Part shown: positions 39,283 to 51,200 of the stretch, piece by piece
Layout: each line of letters opens with the position of its first letter
How positions within the stretch are numbered: the first letter of the stretch is position 1
Assembly (NCBI GenBank): GCA_965285935.1
Contig: OZ260661.1
Coordinates: forward strand, 6,634,001-6,698,000
DNA: 64,000 nt
Source of the DNA: Ophelia neglecta
Lineage: Eukaryota
Direction of reading: 5' to 3'
Notes under the pieces: generated by a model
Databases searched by the model: none
Told to the model about the DNA's origin: nothing
The model's input: only the letters and a program-made list of their open reading frames with translations
Translations under genes and position numbers: made by a program

Positions 39283-42200
39283 CTGAAATGAGGAAAATCA
39301 ATCAATCAATATCAATCTACTGGTCCATCAATCAATCAATCAATCAAAATAAATCAATCACTCAATATAATTCAGGATTATACAAACGAATATTTCTAAA
39401 CCTGTGGCATATTTCCTTTAATGATAAAAATGTTCATACAGGTTTAGATTTGTGAATTTCAAGAAAAACAATTCTGTTGCATAAATAAAACTCGTGAATA
39501 TTGTATTTGCATTTATGTAAAAGGCTTACATATCTCTAGCCATCAGATTAAGAACATGCGGAGTGTCATTTTTGAAAACACAAACATTTTCTGTTGCAGT
39601 ATACAGTGTGTACTGTAAATCTGTATATGTCTGTGACACAAAATGTTTAGGATTTCATGCTTAGCCATAGTTTACCAGATTGATTTACTTAGATAAATGA
39701 CCTCAAAGGCTAAACTTTTTGGACATCTGGCTGCACACCCCCTTTTTACATATTTGGGTCAGTGCCCAACACCCCTGCCCCTTCCTCTGCTCTGGGCTGT
39801 ATGTAATTTTGGTATAAGGCAAGCACCATCTACCCCCCTCCCCTCCCCCCCCCCCCCCCCCCAAGCGCACAAAAAGGAAAATCAAAAATCATATACATAC
39901 ACATAAAATGGTCTCTGACTCGACTGAGTTTGACCCTGTCTTTAAGGTCGTCATAGCGAAGCACTTCCCGACTACACGTGTCTTTACGAGGGTTGGACAC
40001 CGTCGCCTGCTTGGTTCCTGGAGAACAAAAAACATTCGGCTGGTGGTGAACGTGATCAAACATTTTAAGCGGCTTAGTTTAAGATATATTTTAAGGCCTG
40101 CAGTGGCAAATGATGACTTAATATTAATAATCAATATGAGTGGTGCTTAATTACCCTGCTCACATTGGCAGTGTGTAAGATAGATATTGCGAATGATCTT
40201 ATGAGCCACTCCCACAATGCAACATTTATGTCATGTTTGCGACGGACGTAACGCCTCTTTCCAGCTACCAGTCCCTGATTGGCTGTGTGGTAATCAGTGG
40301 CAATGACATCCTTATTGGTATTAATGTATTCCCACAGCCCTAGCTATCAGCGAGCAGTATTTACAGGTAAGCCACAATGATATCAAGCTATAACCAACTA
40401 AGTTCTGTCGAGGCATCAATTGTTCTCACCTGGATAGAATTTCATATGCTGACAGGCCTATTTCAGATGTATTTGAGTCGTAATTACCACTTGTTCAGAT
40501 GAAAACAAGAGATGTTGGACAATATTGCCATTTGTCTCTATCTATGCCTACCTATCTACAGTAAAAGGCCTTGCTACAATCTCGGGCTACAACATATCTC
40601 ACCCCTCGGGGATTGTCAACTTAATTACTACATTATTACTGCTTTCCAATTTTGTAAAAGTATTAGAATGTGATTTAAAAAAGGGATAAAAAGTGACATA
40701 AAGATTTCCAAAAGGCTTGATCACCACACAGCAGACTCTATCCTAGAACATGTTGGTCAAAATGCAGGCACCACCTGTCTGGCGCCGGCTGACCAGCACC
40801 ACCTGTCTGGCACCGGCTGACCAGCACCACCTGTCTGGCGCCGGCTGACCAGCACCACCAGTCTGGCGCTGGCTGACCAGCACCACCTGTCCGGTGCCAC
40901 CTGACCAGCGTCACCTGTCCGGAGCCTGCTGACCAGCGCCGGGTGACCAGCGCCACCTGACCAGCGCCGCCTGTTCGGCGCGGGATGACCGGCACCTTTA
41001 CACTCAAGCCACTGGGGCTCACTGAATACAGAGTGGATCTATAAAATCAAAGATCTAAATTATGTGTTGTCGAATGCGTTTATTATTGAATTCCAATGCC
41101 TAACAGTATTTTGTAGTCATATAAATCACTTTAGTGAGGATTTTCTTCTGTACACAAATGTCTACGTCTGTTTTTCTTTACCAGCCGACAACTTTCACCC
41201 ATAGCTGTCTACCTGAGTGAGAAGATGTGGCCAGAAGTGAGTAAAGCACTTAGTCCTATCACCAAACATTGGTAGATTGGTGTATGGTAGCTGACCTTTC
41301 TTTGGATCTGGATTGCAAATTAAGCACTTGTTTAATTTTGAAGTATTTGCTGGTTTTCTCTCGGCCTGTTATTAATGTTAACATTTGACATGCCCGACTC
41401 CACTGATGACATAATTTATCGGCACGCTACCAAGAAAATAAATTTTAGGCATTGTGGTAGACGGTATCTTGTTGCTGTCTGTCGGCAGGGCACTCGTAAA
41501 TACATGACATACTGATTTTGATAATATAACAAATTCTTAAAACAGTCTTAGAACAAACAATTATTGTTCCAAATTAAAAAAAAAAACAAGAGCAATCAAT
41601 TCAAATTTCTCGAAAAAAAGGGACCTTTTCGCCATTTTTCAGAAACATTTTGTTGTCAGGCATTGGAGTGCCGTGTTTAATACAAAGCACAGAACTAACT
41701 TGTTTTCATAGAAATTTTCAAAATTTTATATATTTTGAAAATATTCCTAGATCAGAAACTGATGGACAGGCATATCTGCTACTGCTTCATCAAAATGATC
41801 ACTACTACTTCCATATTGAGCTAATACAGGTATGTTCAGCAGTTTTGACCCCTTTTTTGCATTTATTCGATCTTTTAGACCCACAATTATGCAAAATAGT
41901 GATCTTTTTGACCCTGCAGTCTCATATGGACTGGATCTCTTTGACCTTCCTCTTCACACAAGATCTTTAAACCTACTTGTTTTTGAAAACTATCTTAGAC
42001 CTAGAGGGCTCTTTTTGACCCCATTTTGTTCATGGCGGCAGATCTTTTAGGGTCCAGACTTCAAGTTGCTGCCTAAGAACCCCCCTCCCAAATATAATAG
42101 GCCTAGTGCCCCCCCCCCACATATTTCCCCAAGGAACAATGTGACCTGGCAATGTGCTTTGATAAGAGGACGCTCCTCCTCAGATCGAGGGATTCGTTGC

Positions 42201-45200
42201 TAATTATCAGTATTAAGTGTTTGTGTTTAGTTGTTTAATAATATAGCAGATAAAAATGACTAACTTTAATCAGGACCTGTTTAATCAGCTCTTTGAGTTT
42301 AGTCAGCTACATTTGACTGTTTCTATGGAGATGACTTACCATGGACTATTTCTATGGAGATGACCTACCATTGACTGTTTCTATGGAGATACATACCATT
42401 GACCTTTTCAATGGAGATGACCCCGTCTGGGAAGCACTTCTGGAACCTGACGGCATCCTGCTCTTGGATTGGTTTGGTAATGGTGATCTCTGGCAGCAAG
42501 CGGTAGGAGGCTGTCGCTGGAAATATATATGTCCTGTAATAAACTGTCAAGAAATGGGGTGGGATGGGTGTAATGGAAGATAGTTTTCAACAAGGAGGGA
42601 GGTTTAAATTGTAATATCATCTAATGTTTGTTTGATCTCAACCTTCCAGGTGGGTCTTAAACAACAATAATCAGCTGACGTTCTTTGAACTTTTAAAAGC
42701 ATTTTTAATGACTTGGTTGCCATGGCAACAGTTCTGGATTCTTGCAAAATTGTAGCTCACAGCTATATGCTCATAATACAGCGTGAATGCTTATCTGCTA
42801 ACATTATGACGTGACACTGTTTTCAAAACCTATTTGTAGCATTGCAATGGCAACATATGCAAGACACCCCTCCACATGTAGCATAGTAAGAAAATAAAAA
42901 CTATTTGGTAGAAAGGCAGAAATCAGAGATCAGAAATCAGTTTGCAGGTAATGTCACTAGCTATGGGGTAAAAGGGTCCCCAGCAGCAGCACATGTCAAT
43001 GCCCAAACACCCGTACTTTGATTTCCTGTTAATGTTTAATGCATTTGATAGGCTTAGGCCAGCAGGCAGACACAGGCAAATAGAATATCGAAAACTTAAA
43101 ATATGTAAAGAATAAAAATTTCCCGTCATTTTTTTTTCAACTGAATTGTTTTCAAATTTAGGGTTTGTGAAATGTGTTGTAAAGTTATGAACGAGTCACG
43201 GGCTCCTCTGACAGCTTTTAAACAAATAAATATCAAAATTCAGGGAAGAGTTGCAAATTAAATAATTTAATACTTCAATTTCCCAGCTTGTAAAAATGAG
43301 GATTTAGCGCAAAAGTGAACATCCCTACCCGAGAAGACGGAGGTGATACTTAACCAAACTTGTGACATGTTAATCGGCTTTCAAATTTGCAATAATATAT
43401 TTTCTGAACATAACTAAATAACAAACTTGAGGGTATATTTTTCAAAATATGACGAAAAAGGCATATCAATGTATAAAGAGAATGAAGGTACAGTCGCAAA
43501 AACTTTGGTATCATGGCTGACAAAAAAAATCCTCTTGTGTTTTCGTTAAAAAAAGGTGATTATTTATATTTTATCACGCCACTATTAATGTTAGCATTTT
43601 TTTTAAATTGACCATCATGCTCAGATTTAAGTGTGCGGATTGAAGTCCAATAAAATGTAATTATACTTAAAAAGATCAATGATGGCCACTATTAATATGC
43701 GCCTTTTTTTAAATTGCGAAATCAGCCAATTGAATTATCGTGCAATAATTTGCCATTTTCCAGAACGGTGAAATGGTCACTCACCGACGGGGGAGAACTT
43801 GGCGTGATCGCTGCCGACCCCCTTCACACAATGGACCTTAATGTCAATCTCCTACAAATAAAACAAGGCAATGCTCCATTAAGAGAGAAAAAAGTTTACA
43901 AGCAAGTCCACCATTTTGATTAGTGTTATTTTCCACACTCGCACCACTTCCCATATGTTCGAAACCAGAAGTGGCCGGTAAATTAAGGGTTATGTGTCGA
44001 CTGCCCAGGTAAAGTACCTACCTGGCCAGGCCTTAGCTTGGCTATGAGAATGTCATCATGGACTGGTTTAATGTCACCCTCTTTGAACTGAAAAACACAA
44101 CCATACATGTAAATATATTAAAATCTGCTCTATTATCAGTTTTTCAGGACTCAGAGTCTCAAAGAGCAATATCATTTATATGACATTCTGTTTTTTAACT
44201 AGAATAGTAGTGAATAACAGTAAAATACTACTTTAACAATTACTATTTCTATATAAGTTTTGTATACTACTGACCATATCAGCCTGGCTACCCAGAGGAA
44301 TCCACTTCATGTGTCCTGTGGTAACTGAAAGTATCACAAACATGTTGTAATCAGAGATTATATATACCACCCCCTGCCCCCCTCTCTCCCATCACCCTCA
44401 CAACCCCCCCCCCATCCCCCTCCCCCCCTCTCCCATCACCCTCACAACCCCCCCCCCCCCCGCCCATCCCCCTCCTCCCTCCCTCCCCCTCTCCCCTTTC
44501 TTCCCACTTATATATCGAGGGGTTGTGATGAGAGGTTAGAACAGGAGGTTGTAATGTGAGGTTGTAATGTGAGGTTGTAATGAGAGGTTGTTATGTGAGG
44601 TTGTAATGAGAGGTTATATATACCATCTCCCTCCCTCCCTCTCCCATCCCCCTCCCCACCCCCCAGCCCCCTCCTCCCTCCCTCTCCCTCTCCCCTTTCT
44701 TCCCACTTATATATCGAGGGGTTGTGATGAGAGGGTGTGATGTGAGGTTATATATACCATCTCCCTCCCTCCCTCTCCCATCCCCCTCCCCCCCTTCCCC
44801 TCCTCCCTCCCTACCCCTCCCCCCTTTCTTCCCACTTATATATCGAGGGGTTGTGATGAGAGGTTGTGATGAGAGGTTGTAATGTGAGGTTGTGATGAGA
44901 GGTTGTGATGAGAGGTTGTGATGAGAGGTTGTGATGAGAGGTTGTAATGTGAGGTTGTGATGAGAGGTTGTGATGAGAGGTTGTGATGAGAGGTTGTAAT
45001 GTGAGGTTGTGATGAGAGGTTGTAATGTGAGGTTGTGATGAGAGGTTGTGATGAGAGGTTGTTGTTGTTGTTGTTGTACTCTTTATTTCCTCCATTATTG
45101 AAGATTACGACAAATAAATCTGAATAAACATAACAAACTGAAACAAAAGAATAAATGTGCTGTGGTCATATGTTTTAGGTGTAAGAAAACGGAAAAGATA

Positions 45201-48200
45201 ATTCAACTCTTGTGCCTTTATGTACACACATTAAATTAAAGGTCCCGTGCTGCAGCATGTGCTATCAGTCTCTTACATATTGGTATAACAGGTCATTCCG
45301 TATCTTACTCCGTAGAAGGTACCAGTATCTGACATTTAGCTTTAAAAATTCTAAAAACGTCTTCTCACTTGTCAGGCCAGGTTCCCATCTACCGAGGAAA
45401 AAGTTAATAAAGGTTTCACTCTGAAGGCCATCAAGGAAGCAGACGAAGCTAACATCCAGCCTGTTCATGAGTTCCGTCCAGTAACTCACTCTATGAGTTC
45501 TAAGGGACAAATCCTCACAAGTACATACCAAATGTTCCACTATATCTGTGTAATTTCTAGTACACAATTCACAGATTCTTGCTTGGCAAGTGTTCCTGGT
45601 GAGTAGTTTGACCAAAAAGGCAAACTGAGGTTGAAGGCCTACAGTGACACCTGCTGCCTTCCACAAGTTACACGGCGTACCAGTCGAACTGTGGACGGTC
45701 CTGAAACTTATGAAGTCAGGGTCTGCACGCAGTATTGAATCTGCATGCTTTTGCTCGACCTTTGAGAGAGCATCCTTGACCACGGACTTCCAGACGTGAC
45801 GAGAAGGCCACACTCCTGAGGTTAGGTAGTCTGTTACATAACCCTCTAGGCCCATTTCCTTAAGCATCGACACTACTTCAGGAACGAAGCCCAGCTCGGT
45901 CTCAGTAGCTGAAAGGTACGTCTGGAATAACCGCTGTCTTATAATCGAAGCGGGTATACTTTTCGGATCCAGCGAGAGTAGGGATCCAAAAAACAACAGC
46001 TTCCTTTTCCGTATTAGGGTCGTTACATCCGGGAGACCCAGTAGAGATGTCACCTTCAGGGACCTACACCGTACAGGTAAATTTTGTATTATTTTCAAAC
46101 AACTGCGGTATGCTGTCTGAAGACTAGACCGTTCAGTGCAAGAGAGTCCACACCACAATTCTGACCCATACAGTGCGCTAGGAATAACCACGTTGGTGAA
46201 GAGACGTGCGGATGTGATGGGCGTCAATCCATCAGGGTGTGTGCCATATCCAGCCAAGGACACGATACCGTTTCTCAGTTTGGCACACGCAGTAGTCGAA
46301 CGATCTTTAGAATCCATTTGTGCATCCAGCAAAACACCAACATGGGTGCAGGTTTTGACGGGTTTAATAATGCACTCATTCAAAGTCCACTTTAAATTAG
46401 CAGCATTTTTTTGAATCCTGCGTCTCTTGTCAAATACTAGAACATTTGACTTTAGCGGATTAAAGCAAAACCGCCATTTGTGACTGTATTCCTCTGCTAT
46501 TGAAATCAGTTTTTGCAGACCGCATGCAGTTAATGAAGCCAGAGCTATGTCATCAGCTTGAATGACCGCACCAGAAAAGATGCCGCCGATACACAGACCC
46601 TCGTCCGACTCCATCAGCTGCTTTCCAAGGTCATTGATCATCGCGAGGTAGAAGACAGGTCCGAGTACAGAACCCTGGCGCACCGACTGTGTGATCTTAA
46701 AAGAGACAGACTGGTTTCCGTCACAAGAAACAAAGGCCTGCATGTCAGTGTATGCGTTCCACAGCATACTCCAGAGATTTCCAGTTATGCCAAGCTGGTG
46801 TAATTTGTAAAAAAGACCTTCATGCCATACGCAATCGAAGGCGCAGCTCGAATCCAGTGTACATGCATAGACTGGACTACCTCGTTCTTGTGCCCATGCT
46901 ATTGACTCTTGAAGCGTGAATGATGCCATAAGGGCACTCCTTTTGGGTCTGAATCCATTTTGAATGGCTACCGGGAAGTGTAGGTCTGGGTTATTCTCGT
47001 TCCACTTCATCCACCTTTTTAGGATCAGTCGCTCTAACAGTTTATACACAACAGGAAGTAAACTGATTCCGCGATAGTTCTTCCGGTCATCTTTATGCTT
47101 GCGTTGTCCCTTGTATATAGTAATAATAGCACCCTTCTTCATTGCTGCGGGAATGTAGCCGAGAGTGTAGAGGGCGTTGAACAGATGAACGAGTGCCGAT
47201 ATAAGAAGTGTGCCGCCATACCGCAGGTGCTCATTGGAAAGCCCGTCGTAACCTCCCTTTTTCCCCAATTTAAGTTCGGCTGTAATTTTAGTGACTTCGG
47301 CAAAGTCAACTGGTTCCCCCATAATAGGGTCCTCCTCCTCAGAAACCAGACTGTGTATATTACTGACCTTCTCTGATATTGCGGCAGAGTGTTCCGTGTC
47401 AAACGTCGGGTGATCAAGGTATGTATAAAGCCTATGAAAGTGTTCCTGCCAAGCATTAGTTATGCACTGGGGATCACGAAGTATCGTGTCTTCTACACGA
47501 AGTTCACCAGGGACCGGGCTTTTTCGCGCTTTGCGTGATTTTAGCATCTGGTAGAGTTTTGACTGATCCACTTCGGCTACACTGTCCACCTCGTTATAGA
47601 ACTGATGCTCTTCGGCCAGAGCCAGTCTCCTGTGCAGGCGCCTGAAATGTGCTTTTGACCTTTTGTAGTTAACTCTAGAGATGGCAGTCAGATGGTCAGG
47701 CCTGCCGTCAGCTATCCACAGCTGGCGTAGTCTCCTCATCTCAGAATGGTTTTTGTCTAAATTCTCCTTACGCCAATATGGTTTGAGGTAAGGTCGGTAT
47801 CTTTGTTGAGGTATTGTAGACCGGGCGGCATAGTTCAAACTGTCCACTAGATGGCTGTAGAATCTGTCGGCATCTTCTTTGTAAAGTATGTTCGGAGTCC
47901 CTGTCTGGGAAAGTATATTCTCAAGCGAGGCCCGATAGTTAGCAAGCTGTCCTCTCTGGGTTGCCTTCTTCCAGCTTAACCCCACTGGGCCCATGCATGC
48001 AGGGTCAATATAGGGTACATATGTCGCGAGGTTGACTTTCACAAACACGGGAAGATGGTCAGACGTATTCAGTTCATGATCATCAAGTATTGCTGCATTT
48101 TCTATAGAGTCCTGAAAGTTTTCCCTAGAGATGATATGATCTAACAGGGACTTAGGGCCACCAACATATGGTTCCCTACTGTAATTGGGGCCGACACAAG

Positions 48201-51200
48201 CAATATTAGTCATCCATGATATCAACCCGTGTCTTTCAAGGAATCCGGCCATAGCGGACGCTCTTTTGCCTGCTATGCTTGCCAATTTTGGTTGTTGAGC
48301 GCCTTGTCCGCGGCTGCCGGCGATAAAACAGTTGAGGTCACCACCTATGATGACCTCCGATGATTGAGAGTGCGTGACGTACAGAGACTCGAGGTCTTCT
48401 AGACAGGATAGGAATGGCTCCAACCCTTGGTCCAATGAAGGTAAGTATCCAGCTAGTATTGTCATATATCCAGTCGGAAGGCCAATTCGCACGGGGATAA
48501 TTCTGTCGCCAGTGCATTCTAAGACTTTTATGTAACCGTCTAGATCTTTTTTCCACAGTATCCCGACTCCTCCCATACATCTGCGACCAGGATTCGTATA
48601 GGAAAGGCTTTCATTCCTGAGGTCAGTGGCCCCATAACCGTTAAAGTTTTTGTTTAATTGCTGTAATAGGCCCACATTGCTTGACCGTAACCAGTGTTCA
48701 GTTATTATGAGAATATCTATTTCACTCCTTTGGAGCAACATGTCAATGTATGAGATTGTCCTGAGAGCCCCCTGGCAGTTGAATGCGAAAATATTCAATG
48801 TTTTACGATACATGTAGTTATAAGTCATATTTGAAATTTAGATATCCCGTGGTGGTCCATTTTCCCGTGGATTTCTCTGCTTCTGGCTTCGCCATGCTCG
48901 CACCGAGACCTTATTCGGCCAGTCTAGCCCCAGAAACTTGGTGAAGTCTGATGCACTGACTTGCACTCTGGCGTATTTGGCGTCTCTTGCCGCGTTTAGT
49001 CTTATACTTGTTTGTCTTACATCTAACCCAGAGTCATCAATAAAAGACTGTATGCTGTCATCTGAGCATTCCGGGATAATATTACCGACAAACACCAGTC
49101 TGGTTCGCCTGTTCTTTACAGCGACAAAGCCATGGCCATCGTCATTACCCTCTATATCATTGTCCAAGACATGAATATTATATTCTCCAGTGTTTCCGTT
49201 TGACTCCGGATTCATTCCTGGTGTTCCCTCTCCAGGCGGGAGACCAGACGTGTTGTCCACTGTGATCGCAGAACTGCCTCCTGGCTGTCCGGTCGAATCC
49301 TTCACTCTGTCGATGGTCACCTCCCTACTGTGTGGCACCTGGTTATCTTTCGCCATGAGAGACATGTCACCGACTTCCTGTTTGTCCGAGTTTGGCTGTG
49401 AGCTAGCAAGCTGGTTGGAAATGGCTTGGCGCGGTGCGCTCGATGTAGGTAATGGGTGAATAGGCTGTAGGTGATCCGTCCGATCCGCTCCTCGTATGCC
49501 AGGTACTGACCCCATCTCTTTTGCGTACAGAGCGTGAGGGATATTCCAAGGAAGGCGTTGGGTTGCTGAGTGGATTTGGGAAAAGTTCGTAGTTACTCTG
49601 TCTAAGTACCCCTTGTTGTATGCTAGTTTTTGTCGAGTATCTCGGAGATTTTTATCGAAGCCATCCAAACGATTTGTCATCAATCTCATTTTGCCCTCAA
49701 GGCGAGTTAGGTCAGTGGATGGGAGACAAAAAACCTGGCATTGGCGACGCACATATTTGTATATCTCACTTTGTTGAGTCTCCACTTTCGAAAGTGCCTT
49801 ATCCAGTGCATTCAAGCGGAGTTGCTTCCTTTGCACGCCGCTTTCTACGGCGGAAACTGCCGCCCTGAGCTCTTTAATTTCACTGAGTAGTAATGAGTTG
49901 GTGTCTTCCCTTCCTGAAGAACCACCATCGTTGTTCAGATTTAAGTACTGTTTAACTTGTATTATATCCGCTTGTAGGGCAGCCAATTGGTCTTTTACAT
50001 CGGTAGTCAAGCGTATGTTTTGTTCTTAATCGCCCTTTTGTTTGCCCATTAAGGGCGTGAAAGCGGCCTCTCCGTTGGTTGCCTTACCTTGCTTGACTGG
50101 GGTTAAGGTTATGCTTGATGTATGGTCCAAGCTGTCGGCCATCTGTGAATTTGTAAGTGAGCTGAGTTTTATGGGTCTCAGGATATCTTTAATGTCCTCA
50201 CCACAGCCATTGATGGCCATGTACAGCCTGTAACAGTCTTGAGCGAACTTTTTGCGCCTTGGAGCCTTCCGGCCGATAAGTGTTGAGCCTATATATTTTC
50301 CATCGTCGATGGCTTTGAGGCGACCGAATAGGTCAAGCCTTAAACGTTCAAGTGATTGATCTGATGGAAGTATATCCTGAAGCCGCTCAAGAAAAGTAGA
50401 CTGTGGCAGTTTCTTGAGCTCTGGCTCCAGCTCATCCCAGGTGATGATTGGGCCCGCGATGTCGTCCCCTGAAAGGCTAGTGTGTATGATGTCGCTTTCA
50501 TCTCCAAGCCCATGGTTGCGCCTACTATTTGGCGTTGATTGCGAGCTCTGTGTTATAAGTCGAGGCCGCTGAGCAGAGGTAAGTGACAAAACTACGTCGT
50601 TATTACTGTTTTGTTCCTCTCCGTCCATGTGTTGCAACACGCGTAGGGAGTTGCCAACAAGATCCGCTACTGAGGTCATAATGACGGATTTGTCTTTTCA
50701 TCGGATGGCGACACGACTAAGAGGTATAGTATACATTAGATTTCCTTTAATCTCTGCTGTCGTGCCCGCAGAGGACGGCCCCCCAGTTGTTACCCACTGG
50801 GAACGGATTGTTGATCACACCTCATTTAGTAGAGGACCAAGAAACAATGACGGTCACAAACGTTCCGGTTAATGTTGTTCACACCTCGTCCAGCAGGGGA
50901 CTAGGAAACAATGCCTGTCACCTAGTTCTCGTTAATGTCACAATGTCGCCAATTGGCATACTGGGCGATAAAGCAAAGATCGGGAGCCACACAATAAGAA
51001 ACTATTGCAAAAAAAACTCACTTTCACTGACCAAAAATTCATGAAAGTCCGTCCATGAGTTCTCTGCATGAAATCAAAATTGCGACAGAATCTCCAGGAA
51101 TCACAAACACATTATTTGCAAGGAAACCCAAAGCTGAGCTAGGGACCACAAGGCACACGTCCGACACGTCCGACAACCGCTGCGCAGGTTAGAGGTTAGA

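Larger units (their letters stand above)
45061..51190 (-). mobile_element. Full-length non-LTR retrotransposon (LINE, probably RTE-X clade) in POLR1C intron 5
   Basis: Has 5'UTR, ORF1, ORF2, a GGAGGAAATAAAGAGT 3' end and an (ACA)n tail; probable 7-bp TSD AGAGGTT at 45054-45060 and 51191-51197. Confidence 0.9.
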
